DNA of 64,000 nucleotides from Parcubacteria group bacterium (GCA_041674205.1 JBAYWF010000004.1:26721-90720); one strand, 5' to 3'; shown: positions 18,573 to 28,191, counted from the stretch's first letter. Numbers and translations: made by a program. Notes: a model not told the origin generated them from the sequence alone.

Positions 18573-18757
18573 ATGCCGCAACTTTATTTTTTAAAAACAA
18601 CTACCGATCATAGCACGGAGAGAAGGCGTATGGATAGGTCTATATATCTATTAGGATATATTATAATGGGCAAGGCGAATGTTTTAAAAACGATGCAATG
18701 TCGCAAAAGAAATGATGTGCGACACTGTCCATATTCCAAGATAGGGCTATTTTCCCC

Positions 18758-19315
18758 CTAAATAAGGGTACTTTTAGCATTATAATTTTTAATAAAACTG
18801 ACCGGCTCTTTCCAATACTCCGCCTCCGTCAGGCCGTTCTCTTTGTAGTAGCCCGGCAATACTTTTCCATAATACGGTCCGGTATATATTCCGAAGTGCA
18901 GATGTTCTTCCTCCCAGGCTCCATTTGACTCGCTCATAGCCTTTCCGATCGTGCCGATAATCCCGCCCATCTCGATCGTATCGCCTCTTTTGACATAGCG
19001 TTTGCCCATATGGCCATACAAGGAGTAGAAAATTTCCCTGGATTGCGGTTTTTTATGGGCGATAATCACGATTCCGCCCCAATTCCTCTTTTCAACCTGG
19101 CCATTTTCGGAAAATTCTCCCGGGTGCAGCTTTGAATACACGACTACCCCTCTTCCAGCCGAAAAAACCTTAGTGTCATGCGGCACGGATATGTCGATGC
19201 CTAGGTGCTTGCCCCACAATGTCTTATCATACACATTCATCTCTCCGAATCCCGAGGAAATATTTTTGAAATTTCCAATCGGGAAAATCAAATTAGGTGT
19301 GATCCGATACGCCAT
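18758..19315 (-). CDS. M23 family metallopeptidase
   Basis: HLGID, LYGHM, HLHFGI; start set at ATG 19315. Confidence 0.85.
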   Translation of the reverse strand: MAYRITPNLIFPIGNFKNISSGFGEMNVYDKTLWGKHLGIDISVPHDTKVFSAGRGVVVYSKLHPGEFSENGQVEKRNWGGIVIIAHKKPQSREIFYSLYGHMGKRYVKRGDTIEMGGIIGTIGKAMSESNGAWEEEHLHFGIYTGPYYGKVLPGYYKENGLTEAEYWKEPVSFIKNYNAKSTLI

Positions 19316-19372
19316 GGCCGTAGTTTTTCCAGTGCCGGGTCTTGGCAATCGCCAAAACCTTGGACCGGATTG

Positions 19373-19759
19373 TTATTTATGCTTATTTTGATAATCCTTA
19401 ATAGCTTCATGAAGGGCTTCATCGGCCAAATTTGAACAATGCATCTTGATCGGCGGAAGGCCTTCCAGCGCGTCAGCTACATCTTGCCGGGTTATCTTCA
19501 TCGCTTCCTCAAGCGTCTTATCCTTGGCTAGGTCGGTTATCATGGAAGAGGTCGCGATGGCTGAGGCGCAACCCAGGGTTTCGAAACCGATCTTATTAAT
19601 CACTTCTCCCCGCTGTTTGTCCCGTTTGACTTTGATATATATTTTCATCAAGTCTCCGCAAACCGGATTGCCGACCATCCCGACGCCTGAGGCGTTTTTG
19701 ATCACGCCCTGGTTATGGGGACGCGTGAAATGTTCCAAGACTTTTTTTGAATATTGCAT
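19373..19759 (-). CDS. iscU: Fe-S cluster scaffold IscU/NifU
   Basis: YSKKVLEHF, GNPVCGD, FETLGCASAIA, LPPIKMHCS. Confidence 0.95.
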   Translation of the reverse strand: MQYSKKVLEHFTRPHNQGVIKNASGVGMVGNPVCGDLMKIYIKVKRDKQRGEVINKIGFETLGCASAIATSSMITDLAKDKTLEEAMKITRQDVADALEGLPPIKMHCSNLADEALHEAIKDYQNKHK

Positions 19760-19836
19760 ATGGTTGATTTACGGATACGGTTCAGATTTCCAGCTCGGCT
19801 GTTGTGGTCGTCCATCCGCACGGCATCCGCTTTGAA

Positions 19837-21069
19837 TTATTTCTTAGAATAGTAATCCGCCAGGACTGAGCCGGAAATTTTCCGCAATCTTCCGGCGATG
19901 ATTTTCAATTTTTTTACCACCATGTCGATTTCGCTTTTAGTCGTATACTTTCCCAATGTCATCCGCAATGATCCGTGCGCCTGTTCGGCTTTCAATCCGA
20001 TAGACAAGAGGACGTGCGAAGGCGAAAGCGCACCGGACGAACAGGCTGATCCGGTCGAACAAGCGATGCCTTCCATATCCAGCGACAATAATAACCCCTC
20101 CCCTTCTATATCCCTGAATGAAAAATTGGCATTGTTGGGCGAACGCATTATTTTCGATCCATTGAGCGTCGCGTTCGGGATTTCGCGCAAAACCTTCCCG
20201 ATCAGATAGTCGCGCAGGCTTTGGATTTTTTTTGAGTCCTTCGACGCATTTTTTTTCATAATCTCAATCGCTTTGCCGAATCCGACGATTCCGGTGACAT
20301 TGTGCGTGCCGGCGCGCATCTTGTATTCCTGGTCGCCTCCGTCCTGGATTTTCCGGATCGCAGTACCCTTCCTGACATACAGCATCCCGATACCTTTGGG
20401 TCCGTAAATCTTATGCGCGGACATCGAAAGCAGGTCCACGCCTAATTTTTCCACATCGCAATCAAAATAGTTGACGGCCTGCGTTGCATCGGTATGGAAC
20501 ACGGCTTTAAATTCATTTTCCGTCCTGTTTTTGTTGGTTTTTGCGACCAATTTGGCGATCTTTCCGATCGGCTGCACTGTGCCTATTTCATTATTAACAT
20601 ACATTATGGAAATCAAAACCGTGTTCGGCTGGATAGCCTTTGCGATTTCGGAAACCTTCACTATGCCGTCCTTGCCAGGCTTGACGTAGGACACTTCGGC
20701 CAGTCCTTCTTTTTCTGCCGCCTTACATGAATCCAAGACGCAATGATGTTCGAAGGCGGACGTGATGATATGCGGTTTTTTGCCGCGGTTTTCCGCCTTG
20801 GAATAGTATGATTTCAAAACACCCTTGACTGTCAGGTTGTTCGATTCGGTCGCGCCACTAGTAAAGACTATTTCAGTCGGCGCGCACCCGAAGAAACCGG
20901 CGATCTTTCCGCGGGCCGTGTCGACGGCTTGCAAAGCCTCTTGCCCGAAAGAATGGATGGACATCGCGTTGCCAAATTTTTCCGAAAAATACGGCAGCAT
21001 TTCTTTCAAGACTTCTTTATCTACGGGCGTAGTGGCGGCATAATCGAGATATATTTTTTTGTTCTGCAT
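19837..21069 (-). CDS. iscS: Cysteine desulfurase IscS/NifS
   Basis: YLDYAATTP, FTSGATESNN, SAHKIYGPKG, STGSACSSG. Confidence 0.95.
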   Translation of the reverse strand: MQNKKIYLDYAATTPVDKEVLKEMLPYFSEKFGNAMSIHSFGQEALQAVDTARGKIAGFFGCAPTEIVFTSGATESNNLTVKGVLKSYYSKAENRGKKPHIITSAFEHHCVLDSCKAAEKEGLAEVSYVKPGKDGIVKVSEIAKAIQPNTVLISIMYVNNEIGTVQPIGKIAKLVAKTNKNRTENEFKAVFHTDATQAVNYFDCDVEKLGVDLLSMSAHKIYGPKGIGMLYVRKGTAIRKIQDGGDQEYKMRAGTHNVTGIVGFGKAIEIMKKNASKDSKKIQSLRDYLIGKVLREIPNATLNGSKIMRSPNNANFSFRDIEGEGLLLSLDMEGIACSTGSACSSGALSPSHVLLSIGLKAEQAHGSLRMTLGKYTTKSEIDMVVKKLKIIAGRLRKISGSVLADYYSKK

Positions 21070-21078
21070 AAATTTATT

Positions 21079-21468
21079 TTATTTGTTTAAATCGCTTAAT
21101 TTTATGTGGGACAAGGTCTTTTCAATCTGCGTGCCGAGAATCTGCCAAACGATTTTCGATGAGCATTGATGTTCCATCCGGCAGGTCTTGCCTACGCATT
21201 TCATCGGCGCAATCGGCCCCTCCAGGGCGATAACGACATCCGCTACGCTGATTTTCTTGGCGGGTCTTTTCAAAGCATATCCCCCATTGACGCCTTTGAA
21301 ACTTTCAACCAGGCCATATTTGCGCAAACCGTTCAAAAGCCGTTCTAAATATTTGATGGAAATCGACTCCTCCTTGGCAATCAGCTTGATATTTTTGGTC
21401 CGGGTTTCATCCTTGGCCAAGTTGACCATAGCCTTGAGGCCGTATTCGGCTTTGGTGGAAAATTTCAT
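21079..21468 (-). CDS. Rrf2 family transcriptional regulator (IscR-like, 3 Cys)
   Basis: STKAEYGL, G..GGYAL, C-terminal CxxxxCxxxxxC; heads the iscS-iscU operon. Confidence 0.9.
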   Translation of the reverse strand: MKFSTKAEYGLKAMVNLAKDETRTKNIKLIAKEESISIKYLERLLNGLRKYGLVESFKGVNGGYALKRPAKKISVADVVIALEGPIAPMKCVGKTCRMEHQCSSKIVWQILGTQIEKTLSHIKLSDLNK

Positions 21469-21480
21469 AATTCAATATCC

Positions 21481-21529
21481 TACTAATTTAGTATGCTTTA
21501 ATACTACAAAAAAACTTGAACCGCGTCAA
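21481..21529 (-). promoter_or_regulatory. Promoter of the rrf2-iscSU operon with a palindromic operator
   Basis: TTGACG(21529-21524)-N17-TAGTAT(21506-21501); palindrome TACTAA-T-TTAGTA at 21481-21493. Confidence 0.6.
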
Positions 21530-21563
21530 GTCTTTTGTTTTTTGGTTTGATTCCAGGCTATCC

Positions 21564-21686
21564 CTACATCCACTGCGTTATTTCGTAGGAAATAGCGATA
21601 GTTATTATCAAAAATACCGAGGCGATGATCGTAAAAGCGAATTTAAGCGCCTCATCGGATTTCGGATTCTTCACGTCTTTGAACAT
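21564..21686 (-). CDS. Putative 40-aa single-pass membrane microprotein
   Basis: Manual translation MFKDVKNPKSDEALKFAFTIIASVFLIITIAISYEITQWM*; below the ORF-track cutoff. Confidence 0.45.
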   Translation of the reverse strand: MFKDVKNPKSDEALKFAFTIIASVFLIITIAISYEITQWM

Positions 21687-21854
21687 CGTTTTTTGTTATT
21701 TTTTAATATACGGATATTTTATCATAAATAGGAAATTTGTCACCTTTGGCGCAATCCTAGGCTAATCAGAAGCAAATCCTTGACTTTTCGGGGTTTATCT
21801 GATATAACGAAACAAACCCAACAACTGAAAAAACACCTGGGGAGGCGGGGAAAA

Positions 21855-22061
21855 ATGAAAAAAATACGAACAGTTGGCTGCAATCCATTCATGCAGGGAT
21901 TGCAGAGGAATTTTTTGGTTGTCCTGGCGATATTTTCAAATATCGTCGGGATAATCGCCATTGCGGTCGACAAATTTTACCTGCCGGCCGCAGTAGGATT
22001 TTTAGCATTTGCCCAAGTGCTGAAAATCCTGCACGACTACCGGAGCATCAATAAGGGCTGA
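21855..22061 (+). CDS. Small hypothetical membrane protein
   Basis: GGAGG upstream of ATG 21855; two hydrophobic stretches; followed by a terminator. Confidence 0.5.
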   Translation: MKKIRTVGCNPFMQGLQRNFLVVLAIFSNIVGIIAIAVDKFYLPAAVGFLAFAQVLKILHDYRSINKG

Positions 22062-22089
22062 AAAATCACCCCCACCCTTGCTCCGGAGA

Positions 22090-22129
22090 AAGCGCCTAGG
22101 ATATCCATCATCCTTGGCGCTTATTTTTT
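22090..22129 (+). terminator. Intrinsic terminator
   Basis: AAGCGCC-TAGGA...TCCT-TGGCGCTT followed by ATTTTTT. Confidence 0.6.
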
Positions 22130-22187
22130 AAGCTATTTTTCCGGTTTGACCGCGCCGCCACCCTGGATTACAATTGGATTATAAACT

Positions 22188-23312
22188 ATGAGGATATCCT
22201 ACTCGGCGTTCGATACCTATCAGAATTGTTCGCTGAAATATAAATTCCAGAATATCGACCACATTAAGACTCCTAAATCCAAGGAGGCGGTTTTCGGTTC
22301 CACGGTCCATGAAACGATGAAATTTATCCACACGACCGGCATCCTCTCCCCCACCCTCGACCAAGCGATGGAACATTTTTCCAATTCCTGGAATCCGGCG
22401 GTTTTCGACAGCGCCGACGAGGAGCGCGCCGCTTTTTCGCAAGGCGTGCGGATCATCCAGGATTATTATCAAAAAAACAATCCGGCTAATTTCAATATCG
22501 TCGATTTGGAATCACGTTTCCAAATCGAAATCGGCCCCATCGAGGACAAACATATCATTTCCGGCATCATCGATCGCATCGATAAGACCGAGGACGGCTA
22601 TGAAATTATCGATTACAAAACCACCAAAAAAATGCCCTCCCAGGAAAAAGTCGATAACGATTTGCAACTTTCCGTTTATCTGCAAGCCTTCCTTTCACGT
22701 TACCCGAAAGAAATTGAAAACATCGGCAAACTGAAAGTGAGCCTCTATTATCTCAAACACGGAGTGAAGCTTTCCGCCACCCGGACAATCGAACAGCTCC
22801 AAAAAAGTGAACAACTTTTTCTAGACGTTATCAGGTTGATAGAAGAAGGTAAATTCGAACCGAACATCACCCCGCTTTGCGATTGGTGCGGTTATCAAAA
22901 TATCTGCCCGATGTGGAAGCACAAATTCAAGGAGTTGCGGAAAATAGACACGGAGGAGGTGGATTCCGCCATCAACGAATATGTCGAGCTGAAATCGGCC
23001 ATCTCCATCACCAAAGATCGCCTAGCGGAAATCCAAGACAAAATCCTGCAATATATGGACCAGGAAGGCGTCGAACGGGTTTTCGGCTCGCAAGGCATCG
23101 TCGGCCGGTCTTTGCGCAAAACCTATAAATATGATGAAAAAAAGATCCGTGAAATCCTTGAGCCGCTCGACAAATGGGAATCGGTCCTGAAAGTCGACGG
23201 CATCGCCCTCAAGCAGATTATGGGCGTGTTGCCATTTGAAGCTAAAGCGGAAATCGAAAAAGCCAAGGTGATCGACAAAGAAACCAAAACTTTAGCCGTA
23301 AAAAAGAAGTAG
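22188..23312 (+). CDS. PD-(D/E)XK nuclease, RecB/AddB/Cas4-like, with a 4-Cys Fe-S staple
   Basis: SYSAFDTYQNC, GIIDRID, IIDYKT, QLSVY, CDWCGYQNIC. Confidence 0.88.
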   Translation: MRISYSAFDTYQNCSLKYKFQNIDHIKTPKSKEAVFGSTVHETMKFIHTTGILSPTLDQAMEHFSNSWNPAVFDSADEERAAFSQGVRIIQDYYQKNNPANFNIVDLESRFQIEIGPIEDKHIISGIIDRIDKTEDGYEIIDYKTTKKMPSQEKVDNDLQLSVYLQAFLSRYPKEIENIGKLKVSLYYLKHGVKLSATRTIEQLQKSEQLFLDVIRLIEEGKFEPNITPLCDWCGYQNICPMWKHKFKELRKIDTEEVDSAINEYVELKSAISITKDRLAEIQDKILQYMDQEGVERVFGSQGIVGRSLRKTYKYDEKKIREILEPLDKWESVLKVDGIALKQIMGVLPFEAKAEIEKAKVIDKETKTLAVKKK

Positions 23313-23328
23313 TCCGGCAAAAAACAGG

Positions 23329-23355
23329 AAAGTCCCGCGGAAACGGGACTTTTTT
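23329..23355. terminator. Bidirectional intrinsic terminator
   Basis: AAAGTCCCG-CGGAAA-CGGGACTTTTTT between convergent genes. Confidence 0.75.
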
Positions 23356-23518
23356 ATATCCATATATTTGAAATAGGTTTGATTTTAGTCGGACCGGATA
23401 GATCGCCAGACAACGAATTTTTCGATAATATCACCCTCACAACCAAAAAATTTGATATCTATGCCACCCTCGGTCCTTGAGTGATACATACTACAATGGT
23501 TTCTGAAAAACATTTCAT

Positions 23519-23857
23519 TCAGCCGCGCGCGTCCGTTTCGGGAACTTTTTTCGCTTCTATAACGACATTTTTGAAATTTACTTTTAATTTTTTATTAATT
23601 TCCGACAATTCTTTCGCGAAGACGCGGATTTCCTGGACACTGGCACTGCCGCGGATTTTGATCAAAAGGCAACCGGTCTCTTCTTTTATTTTCACCCTTT
23701 GCGGCCCGGCCTTGATGCCCATTTTGATATGGCCTATCGCGATATTGGATACGCCGGGATCTTTCAAAAGGAAGTCGATAATCGGCCTGGCCGCGTCGAT
23801 CACCGTCGTGTGCCGTCCGCCGATTTTCCCGCCGCTGCGGTGGTTGTTCGCGCCCAT
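23519..23857 (-). CDS. DUF2103-like small protein
   Basis: GGKIGGRHTTVI...IRGSASVQEIRV resembles DUF2103; cotranscribed with pyrH. Confidence 0.6.
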   Translation of the reverse strand: MGANNHRSGGKIGGRHTTVIDAARPIIDFLLKDPGVSNIAIGHIKMGIKAGPQRVKIKEETGCLLIKIRGSASVQEIRVFAKELSEINKKLKVNFKNVVIEAKKVPETDARG

Positions 23858-23860
23858 AAA

Positions 23861-24553
23861 TTATTTTATAATCGTCCCCTTGGCTTTTTGGCCTTCCAGA
23901 TATTTTTTGAGATTCGGCAGGTTTTGGCCGTTCATAATGGCGACTTCAAGTCCGATTTCTTGCGCTTCCTTGGAAGCGATCGGATCAAAAGGCGCGTTCA
24001 TTCCGGGATCCCATTTATTTCCTACCATTTTGCGGAATTCCGTCCAGGAAATTTCTTCGATTTTTTTCGCATCGGGAAATTTGCGCGGATCTTTGTCGCA
24101 GACGTAGTCGATATTGGAAAGATTGATGACGGTTTTGATGCCTAGATATTTAGCCAGAAGCACGGCATCGAAGTCCGTGGAAAAGCCCGGCCGCCAACCG
24201 GCCGCCACTAGGATATTTTCTTTGAAGTTATAGAAATCTTCCAAATCATGCGGATTTTTGTTGATGCGAGGATGGGCGTGCTTGCGGAAGATTGTCCGGA
24301 TAAAATGGGCATTCATCCGCGTGGCGTGTATGCCGATCCAATCCTTATCTTCATCATTGATGTCGTCGATTTTAGCCGACGCATCGATATATTTGCGTGC
24401 GGTTTTTCCTCCGCCGGTAATCAGGATGAATTTCAAACCTTTTTCGATTTGCTCCTCGATGAGCGCCTTGAATTTCTTCACGAATTTCCAATCGATTTCT
24501 TCCGGTACGATCAGCGACCCGCCCAATGAGATGATGATGGTTTTTTTGTCCAT
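23861..24553 (-). CDS. pyrH: UMP kinase (archaeal-type)
   Basis: ISLGGS, TGGGKTARKY, DWIGIHATRMNA, PGFSTD, PFDPIA. Confidence 0.93.
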   Translation of the reverse strand: MDKKTIIISLGGSLIVPEEIDWKFVKKFKALIEEQIEKGLKFILITGGGKTARKYIDASAKIDDINDEDKDWIGIHATRMNAHFIRTIFRKHAHPRINKNPHDLEDFYNFKENILVAAGWRPGFSTDFDAVLLAKYLGIKTVINLSNIDYVCDKDPRKFPDAKKIEEISWTEFRKMVGNKWDPGMNAPFDPIASKEAQEIGLEVAIMNGQNLPNLKKYLEGQKAKGTIIK

Positions 24554-24659
24554 AATCTATAGATTTATTGATTTAAATACCCGCAAATATTATGATAACC
24601 GCAATCGCTTTTTGTGGCAAATGACGAAGGTCGTCTTAAAAAACCATTGGACTTAAAAT

Positions 24660-25067
24660 CTATTTGCATCCGGCGCTCGCAGTCCTCCCCTGGGCCAGCG
24701 CTTCCTGGGCGGTGGCGAAACAAACGAGGTTTTCAGGCTTGATCCTTTTGGCGTACGAGCAGCTGGGCGGATAGAATTTATCGGAATTTTTACTGCCGAC
24801 ATAAGCGCATTTTTTCAATGGCGCCAAATCAGCCTCGCCAGGCGTTTTCTTGGTGATATCGATATTTGATGCCTGATCAGTGGAAACCGGGCATCCAGAG
24901 CCGTTTTCTGAGCCTACAGCCGGTTTTTCAATGACTACTGGGCTGGATTTGAAAGATTTCCCCTGCGTATAGCCGAATTCGAAAGAAATAGTCGCAATCA
25001 ACACGAAGCCTATGGCTAAAACAAGCTTATATTCATATTTATCCCAGAATTCCCTTAAATTTAGCAT
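24660..25067 (-). CDS. Membrane-anchored protein with a C-terminal Ada-metal-binding-like domain
   Basis: N-terminal TM; YVGSKNSDKFYPPSCSYAKRIKPENLVCF. Confidence 0.7.
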   Translation of the reverse strand: MLNLREFWDKYEYKLVLAIGFVLIATISFEFGYTQGKSFKSSPVVIEKPAVGSENGSGCPVSTDQASNIDITKKTPGEADLAPLKKCAYVGSKNSDKFYPPSCSYAKRIKPENLVCFATAQEALAQGRTASAGCK

Positions 25068-25116
25068 AATCCGTTTGGTTATAGGCTATCAACTGCGGAG
25101 CAAAACCGATCCGATA

Positions 25117-25144
25117 TTGACATTGTACCATATTTTGCTATAAT
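25117..25144 (+). promoter_or_regulatory. Consensus sigma70 promoter upstream of rpmA
   Basis: TTGACA-N16-TATAAT with extended -10 TG. Confidence 0.7.
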
Positions 25145-25234
25145 AAATCTCGTTATCCCCTAGGGCATCGTGGTGATGGACAAATGCCTGAGTGGGAATG
25201 ATTTTTAGCGGTTATAATACTTAAATAAACAAAT

Positions 25235-25582
25235 ATGGCACATCGTAAAGCTGGTGGATCTACCCAGCTGGGCCGTGATTCGATATCCAAAAGGCTCGGC
25301 GTCAAAATTTTCGGAGACCAAAAGGTCCAAGCTGGAAATATAATTATCCGGCAACGCGGATCGAAGTGGAGACCCGGAACCAACGTGAAGCAAGGCGAGG
25401 ACGACACCCTCTATTCTATGGTTGACGGCGTCGTAAAATTCGCCCGGAAGAAAGTCCGGACTTTCACCGGCAACTTGGAAAATAAAAGATTCGTTTCAGT
25501 AGTTGCGGAAGCTCCCGTAGCCGAAAAAACGAAGACCGCCCGCCCGAAGACCAAGGCTGGCAAAATCAGCAACAAAAAATAA
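25235..25582 (+). CDS. rpmA: 50S ribosomal protein L27 with a Lys-rich C-terminal tail
   Basis: [24 protein letters not shown]...IIRQRG. Confidence 0.97.
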   Translation: MAHRKAGGSTQLGRDSISKRLGVKIFGDQKVQAGNIIIRQRGSKWRPGTNVKQGEDDTLYSMVDGVVKFARKKVRTFTGNLENKRFVSVVAEAPVAEKTKTARPKTKAGKISNKK

Positions 25583-25598
25583 TCGGATTCTTGCGATA

Positions 25599-25640
25599 AA
25601 AAAATCCTCCTGAATATTTGGGAGGATTTTTTATTTTTTT
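25599..25640. terminator. Bidirectional terminator
   Basis: AAAAAATCCTCC-loop-GGAGGATTTTTT. Confidence 0.75.
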
Positions 25641-25923
25641 ATTCCCGTTCATTATTCCTATCCGAATCGTCCGATTCGGTATCTGGAAGTTCAAAAGGAA
25701 AGTCATCTTCAGCTAATTTGATTAAATTTTCAAAAAAATCGACGTCGGCGCTTGTTTTAGCGGAATCGGATATATGGTTGATGATTTCTTCCTTGTCCGA
25801 AAGCGCAAGTCTTTGGGATAGGTTTTGCAAGCCCTTCCCATCTAACTGTTCCACTCTTTTTTTAAGACCATCCTTGAGCTGTTCCAATGATTTTGGTAGC
25901 TCGAATGCTTTTTCTGATTGCAT
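25639..25923 (-). CDS. Hypothetical acidic protein
   Basis: 94-aa ORF directly downstream of pyrG on the same strand. Confidence 0.55.
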   Translation of the reverse strand: MQSEKAFELPKSLEQLKDGLKKRVEQLDGKGLQNLSQRLALSDKEEIINHISDSAKTSADVDFFENLIKLAEDDFPFELPDTESDDSDRNNERE

Positions 25924-25940
25924 ATGCTTATTTCAAAAAA

Positions 25941-27587
25941 TTATTTTATTTTCTTTTTCAGGCCCACTCCCGCTTTGATGAATTCATTGAAAAGCGGATG
26001 ACCCTTGATCGGATTGGTTTTAAGTTCCGGATGGAATTGCGTCGAAACGAAGAATGGATGGATCGCAATTGGCAATTCGGTGATTTCCATCAGCTTGCTA
26101 TCCGGTGATTTTCCTGAAAAAACCAGGCCGGCTTTTTCCAGACGTTCGATGTATTCCGGATTAACTTCCCAACGGTGCCGGTGGCGCTCGGAAATCTTGA
26201 CTGACCGATAGGCTTTGTTAGCGATGCTGCCCTTTTGCAGGACGGCCGGATAAGCACCTAGTCTCATCGTAGCTCCATAATTCCCGTCTTCCAGATTCTT
26301 TTTCTGTTCAGGCATAATATCGATGACCGGATTTTTAGTATTCCTATTGACTTCGGTCGTGTGGGCGTCCTTGAGGCCCAAGACGTTGCGCGCGTATTCG
26401 ATTACGGCCAATTGCATCCCATAGCAAAGTCCCAAGAACGGGATTTTATTTTTGCGTAAAAACTCGATTGCCAAAATTTTGCCTTCGATGCCTCGCGAGC
26501 CGAATCCGCCCGGAATGACGATGCCGTCATATTCTTTCAATTCTTCCAATTTTTCCGGATTTTTCTCATACGTCTCACTGCTGATCCAATCGATTTTCGG
26601 TTTGACATGGTTATGGTATGCCGCATGCTTCACCGCTTCAATCACGCTGATATAGGCGTCTGACAAGACGAAATCGCCTGTGCCGAAATATTTGCCGACG
26701 ATTCCGATCCGGGCCGTCCCTTTCGGATGCTTTATTTTTTCCACCAGGTCGTACCAGCCGGAAAGATCGGTCTTATCATATTTCAAACCGAGTTTTTTCA
26801 ATATCAAACGGCTCAAATCATCCCTTTCGAAATTGATCGGCACCTCATAGATACTATCGATGTCCGGCGCGGAAATCACGTCGCGTTCCGGGATATTGCA
26901 AAACATCGCGATTTTCTCCTTCCTTCTTTGATCCAGGAACGTCTCACTGCGGGCGATGATGAAATCCGGCTGGATGCCGGCCCCGTTTAGTGTCCGCACC
27001 GCGTATTGCGTCGGCTTGGTCTTCATTTCGCCGATCTTGGATGGGATAGGCAGATAGCTGACCATGATGACCAACACGTCATCCGGATGCTTTATTCTCA
27101 TCATCCGCGCCGCTTCCAAAAACAAGATATTCTGGTATTCGCCTACCGTGCCTCCGATCTCGATGATCGAAATGTCAGCCTTGGCTTTCTCCGAAGCCTT
27201 CTCGATCCGCTCGATGACTTCCAGCGGGATATGCGGCACGACTTCCACGCATTTGCCCTTGTATTTCAAATCCCTTTCTTTATGGATGACCGATTCATAC
27301 ACGCTGCCGGTCGTCATATAATTTTCCGATGGCAAAGTCACATTCAGGAACCTTTCATAATTTCCCATATCCTGGTCGGTTTCCAATCCGGAATCCAATA
27401 CGAAAACCTCGCCATGCTCGGTCGGGTTCATCGTGCCGGCATCGACATTGATATATGGATCGATCTTCATAGCGGTCACATGGAATCCGCGCGCATTAAG
27501 AATCGCTCCGACCGCCGAAGTCGTAACTCCCTTGCCTACCCCACTCATCACTCCCCCGACGACAAAAATGTATTTTCGGTTCTTCAT
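25941..27587 (-). CDS. pyrG: CTP synthase
   Basis: GGVMSGVGKG, KIDPYINVDAGTMNP, GLCYGMQ, ERHRHRWE, TQFHPE; start set to ATG 27587. Confidence 0.97.
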   Translation of the reverse strand: MKNRKYIFVVGGVMSGVGKGVTTSAVGAILNARGFHVTAMKIDPYINVDAGTMNPTEHGEVFVLDSGLETDQDMGNYERFLNVTLPSENYMTTGSVYESVIHKERDLKYKGKCVEVVPHIPLEVIERIEKASEKAKADISIIEIGGTVGEYQNILFLEAARMMRIKHPDDVLVIMVSYLPIPSKIGEMKTKPTQYAVRTLNGAGIQPDFIIARSETFLDQRRKEKIAMFCNIPERDVISAPDIDSIYEVPINFERDDLSRLILKKLGLKYDKTDLSGWYDLVEKIKHPKGTARIGIVGKYFGTGDFVLSDAYISVIEAVKHAAYHNHVKPKIDWISSETYEKNPEKLEELKEYDGIVIPGGFGSRGIEGKILAIEFLRKNKIPFLGLCYGMQLAVIEYARNVLGLKDAHTTEVNRNTKNPVIDIMPEQKKNLEDGNYGATMRLGAYPAVLQKGSIANKAYRSVKISERHRHRWEVNPEYIERLEKAGLVFSGKSPDSKLMEITELPIAIHPFFVSTQFHPELKTNPIKGHPLFNEFIKAGVGLKKKIK

Positions 27588-27614
27588 AATGTTATTAAAA
27601 AATTTATTTTTTAC

Positions 27615-27645
27615 AAACGAAAAAGCCGCCTCCCCTTGCGACTTC
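27615..27645 (-). terminator. Terminator hairpin between rplI and pyrG
   Basis: Minus strand GAAGTCGC-AAGGGGAG-GCGGCTTT-TTCGTTT. Confidence 0.55.
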
Positions 27646-27697
27646 ATATCTGGTTTTTAAAAAAATGATTTTATATCCATTTGCGAATGGGCGCTTA

Positions 27698-28138
27698 TCA
27701 GGCGTTTTCAACCAGCACCATGATCATCGCTTCGATTTTGTGGTCCAGTTCGATTTTCACTTCATATTCCCCCAGCTCCCTGATCGGTCCTTTCAATATG
27801 ATTGATTTTTCCGGTACGGTTATGTTTTCCTTTTTCAATTCTTTCACGATATCCTTGACGCCTACTGATCCGAAAAGCTTCCCGTCTTTGGATTTGACGA
27901 TAAGCGTGATCGCCTTGCCCTCCAACCGATCGGCCAATTCTTGTGTCTTTTCCAAATCCAATTGGTCTTTCTCGGCTTGTTTTTTCTGGATAACTTCAGC
28001 TTTCTTCAAGCCTGATCCGGTGGCGATTTCAGCCAGCTTTTTCACGAATAGAAAATTCCTCGCGTAGCCTTCCGCGACTTCCTTTATGGCGCCTTTTTTT
28101 CCAAGGCCCTTCACGTCTTGTAGGAGGATGATTTTCAT
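27698..28138 (-). CDS. rplI: 50S ribosomal protein L9
   Basis: [30 protein letters not shown]. Confidence 0.97.
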   Translation of the reverse strand: MKIILLQDVKGLGKKGAIKEVAEGYARNFLFVKKLAEIATGSGLKKAEVIQKKQAEKDQLDLEKTQELADRLEGKAITLIVKSKDGKLFGSVGVKDIVKELKKENITVPEKSIILKGPIRELGEYEVKIELDHKIEAMIMVLVENA

Positions 28139-28191
28139 ATAGTTATTATACCAAAAACTGGAAGTATGGCAAATCCGGATAACCAGAATGG

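Noticed and set aside
22188-23312. CRISPR-associated Cas4
   Set aside because: No cas1/cas2 or array nearby; better described as a solo RecB-family nuclease.
23385-23490. Possible ~34-aa minus-strand ORF downstream of the DUF2103-like gene
   Set aside because: No motif, RBS or other support.
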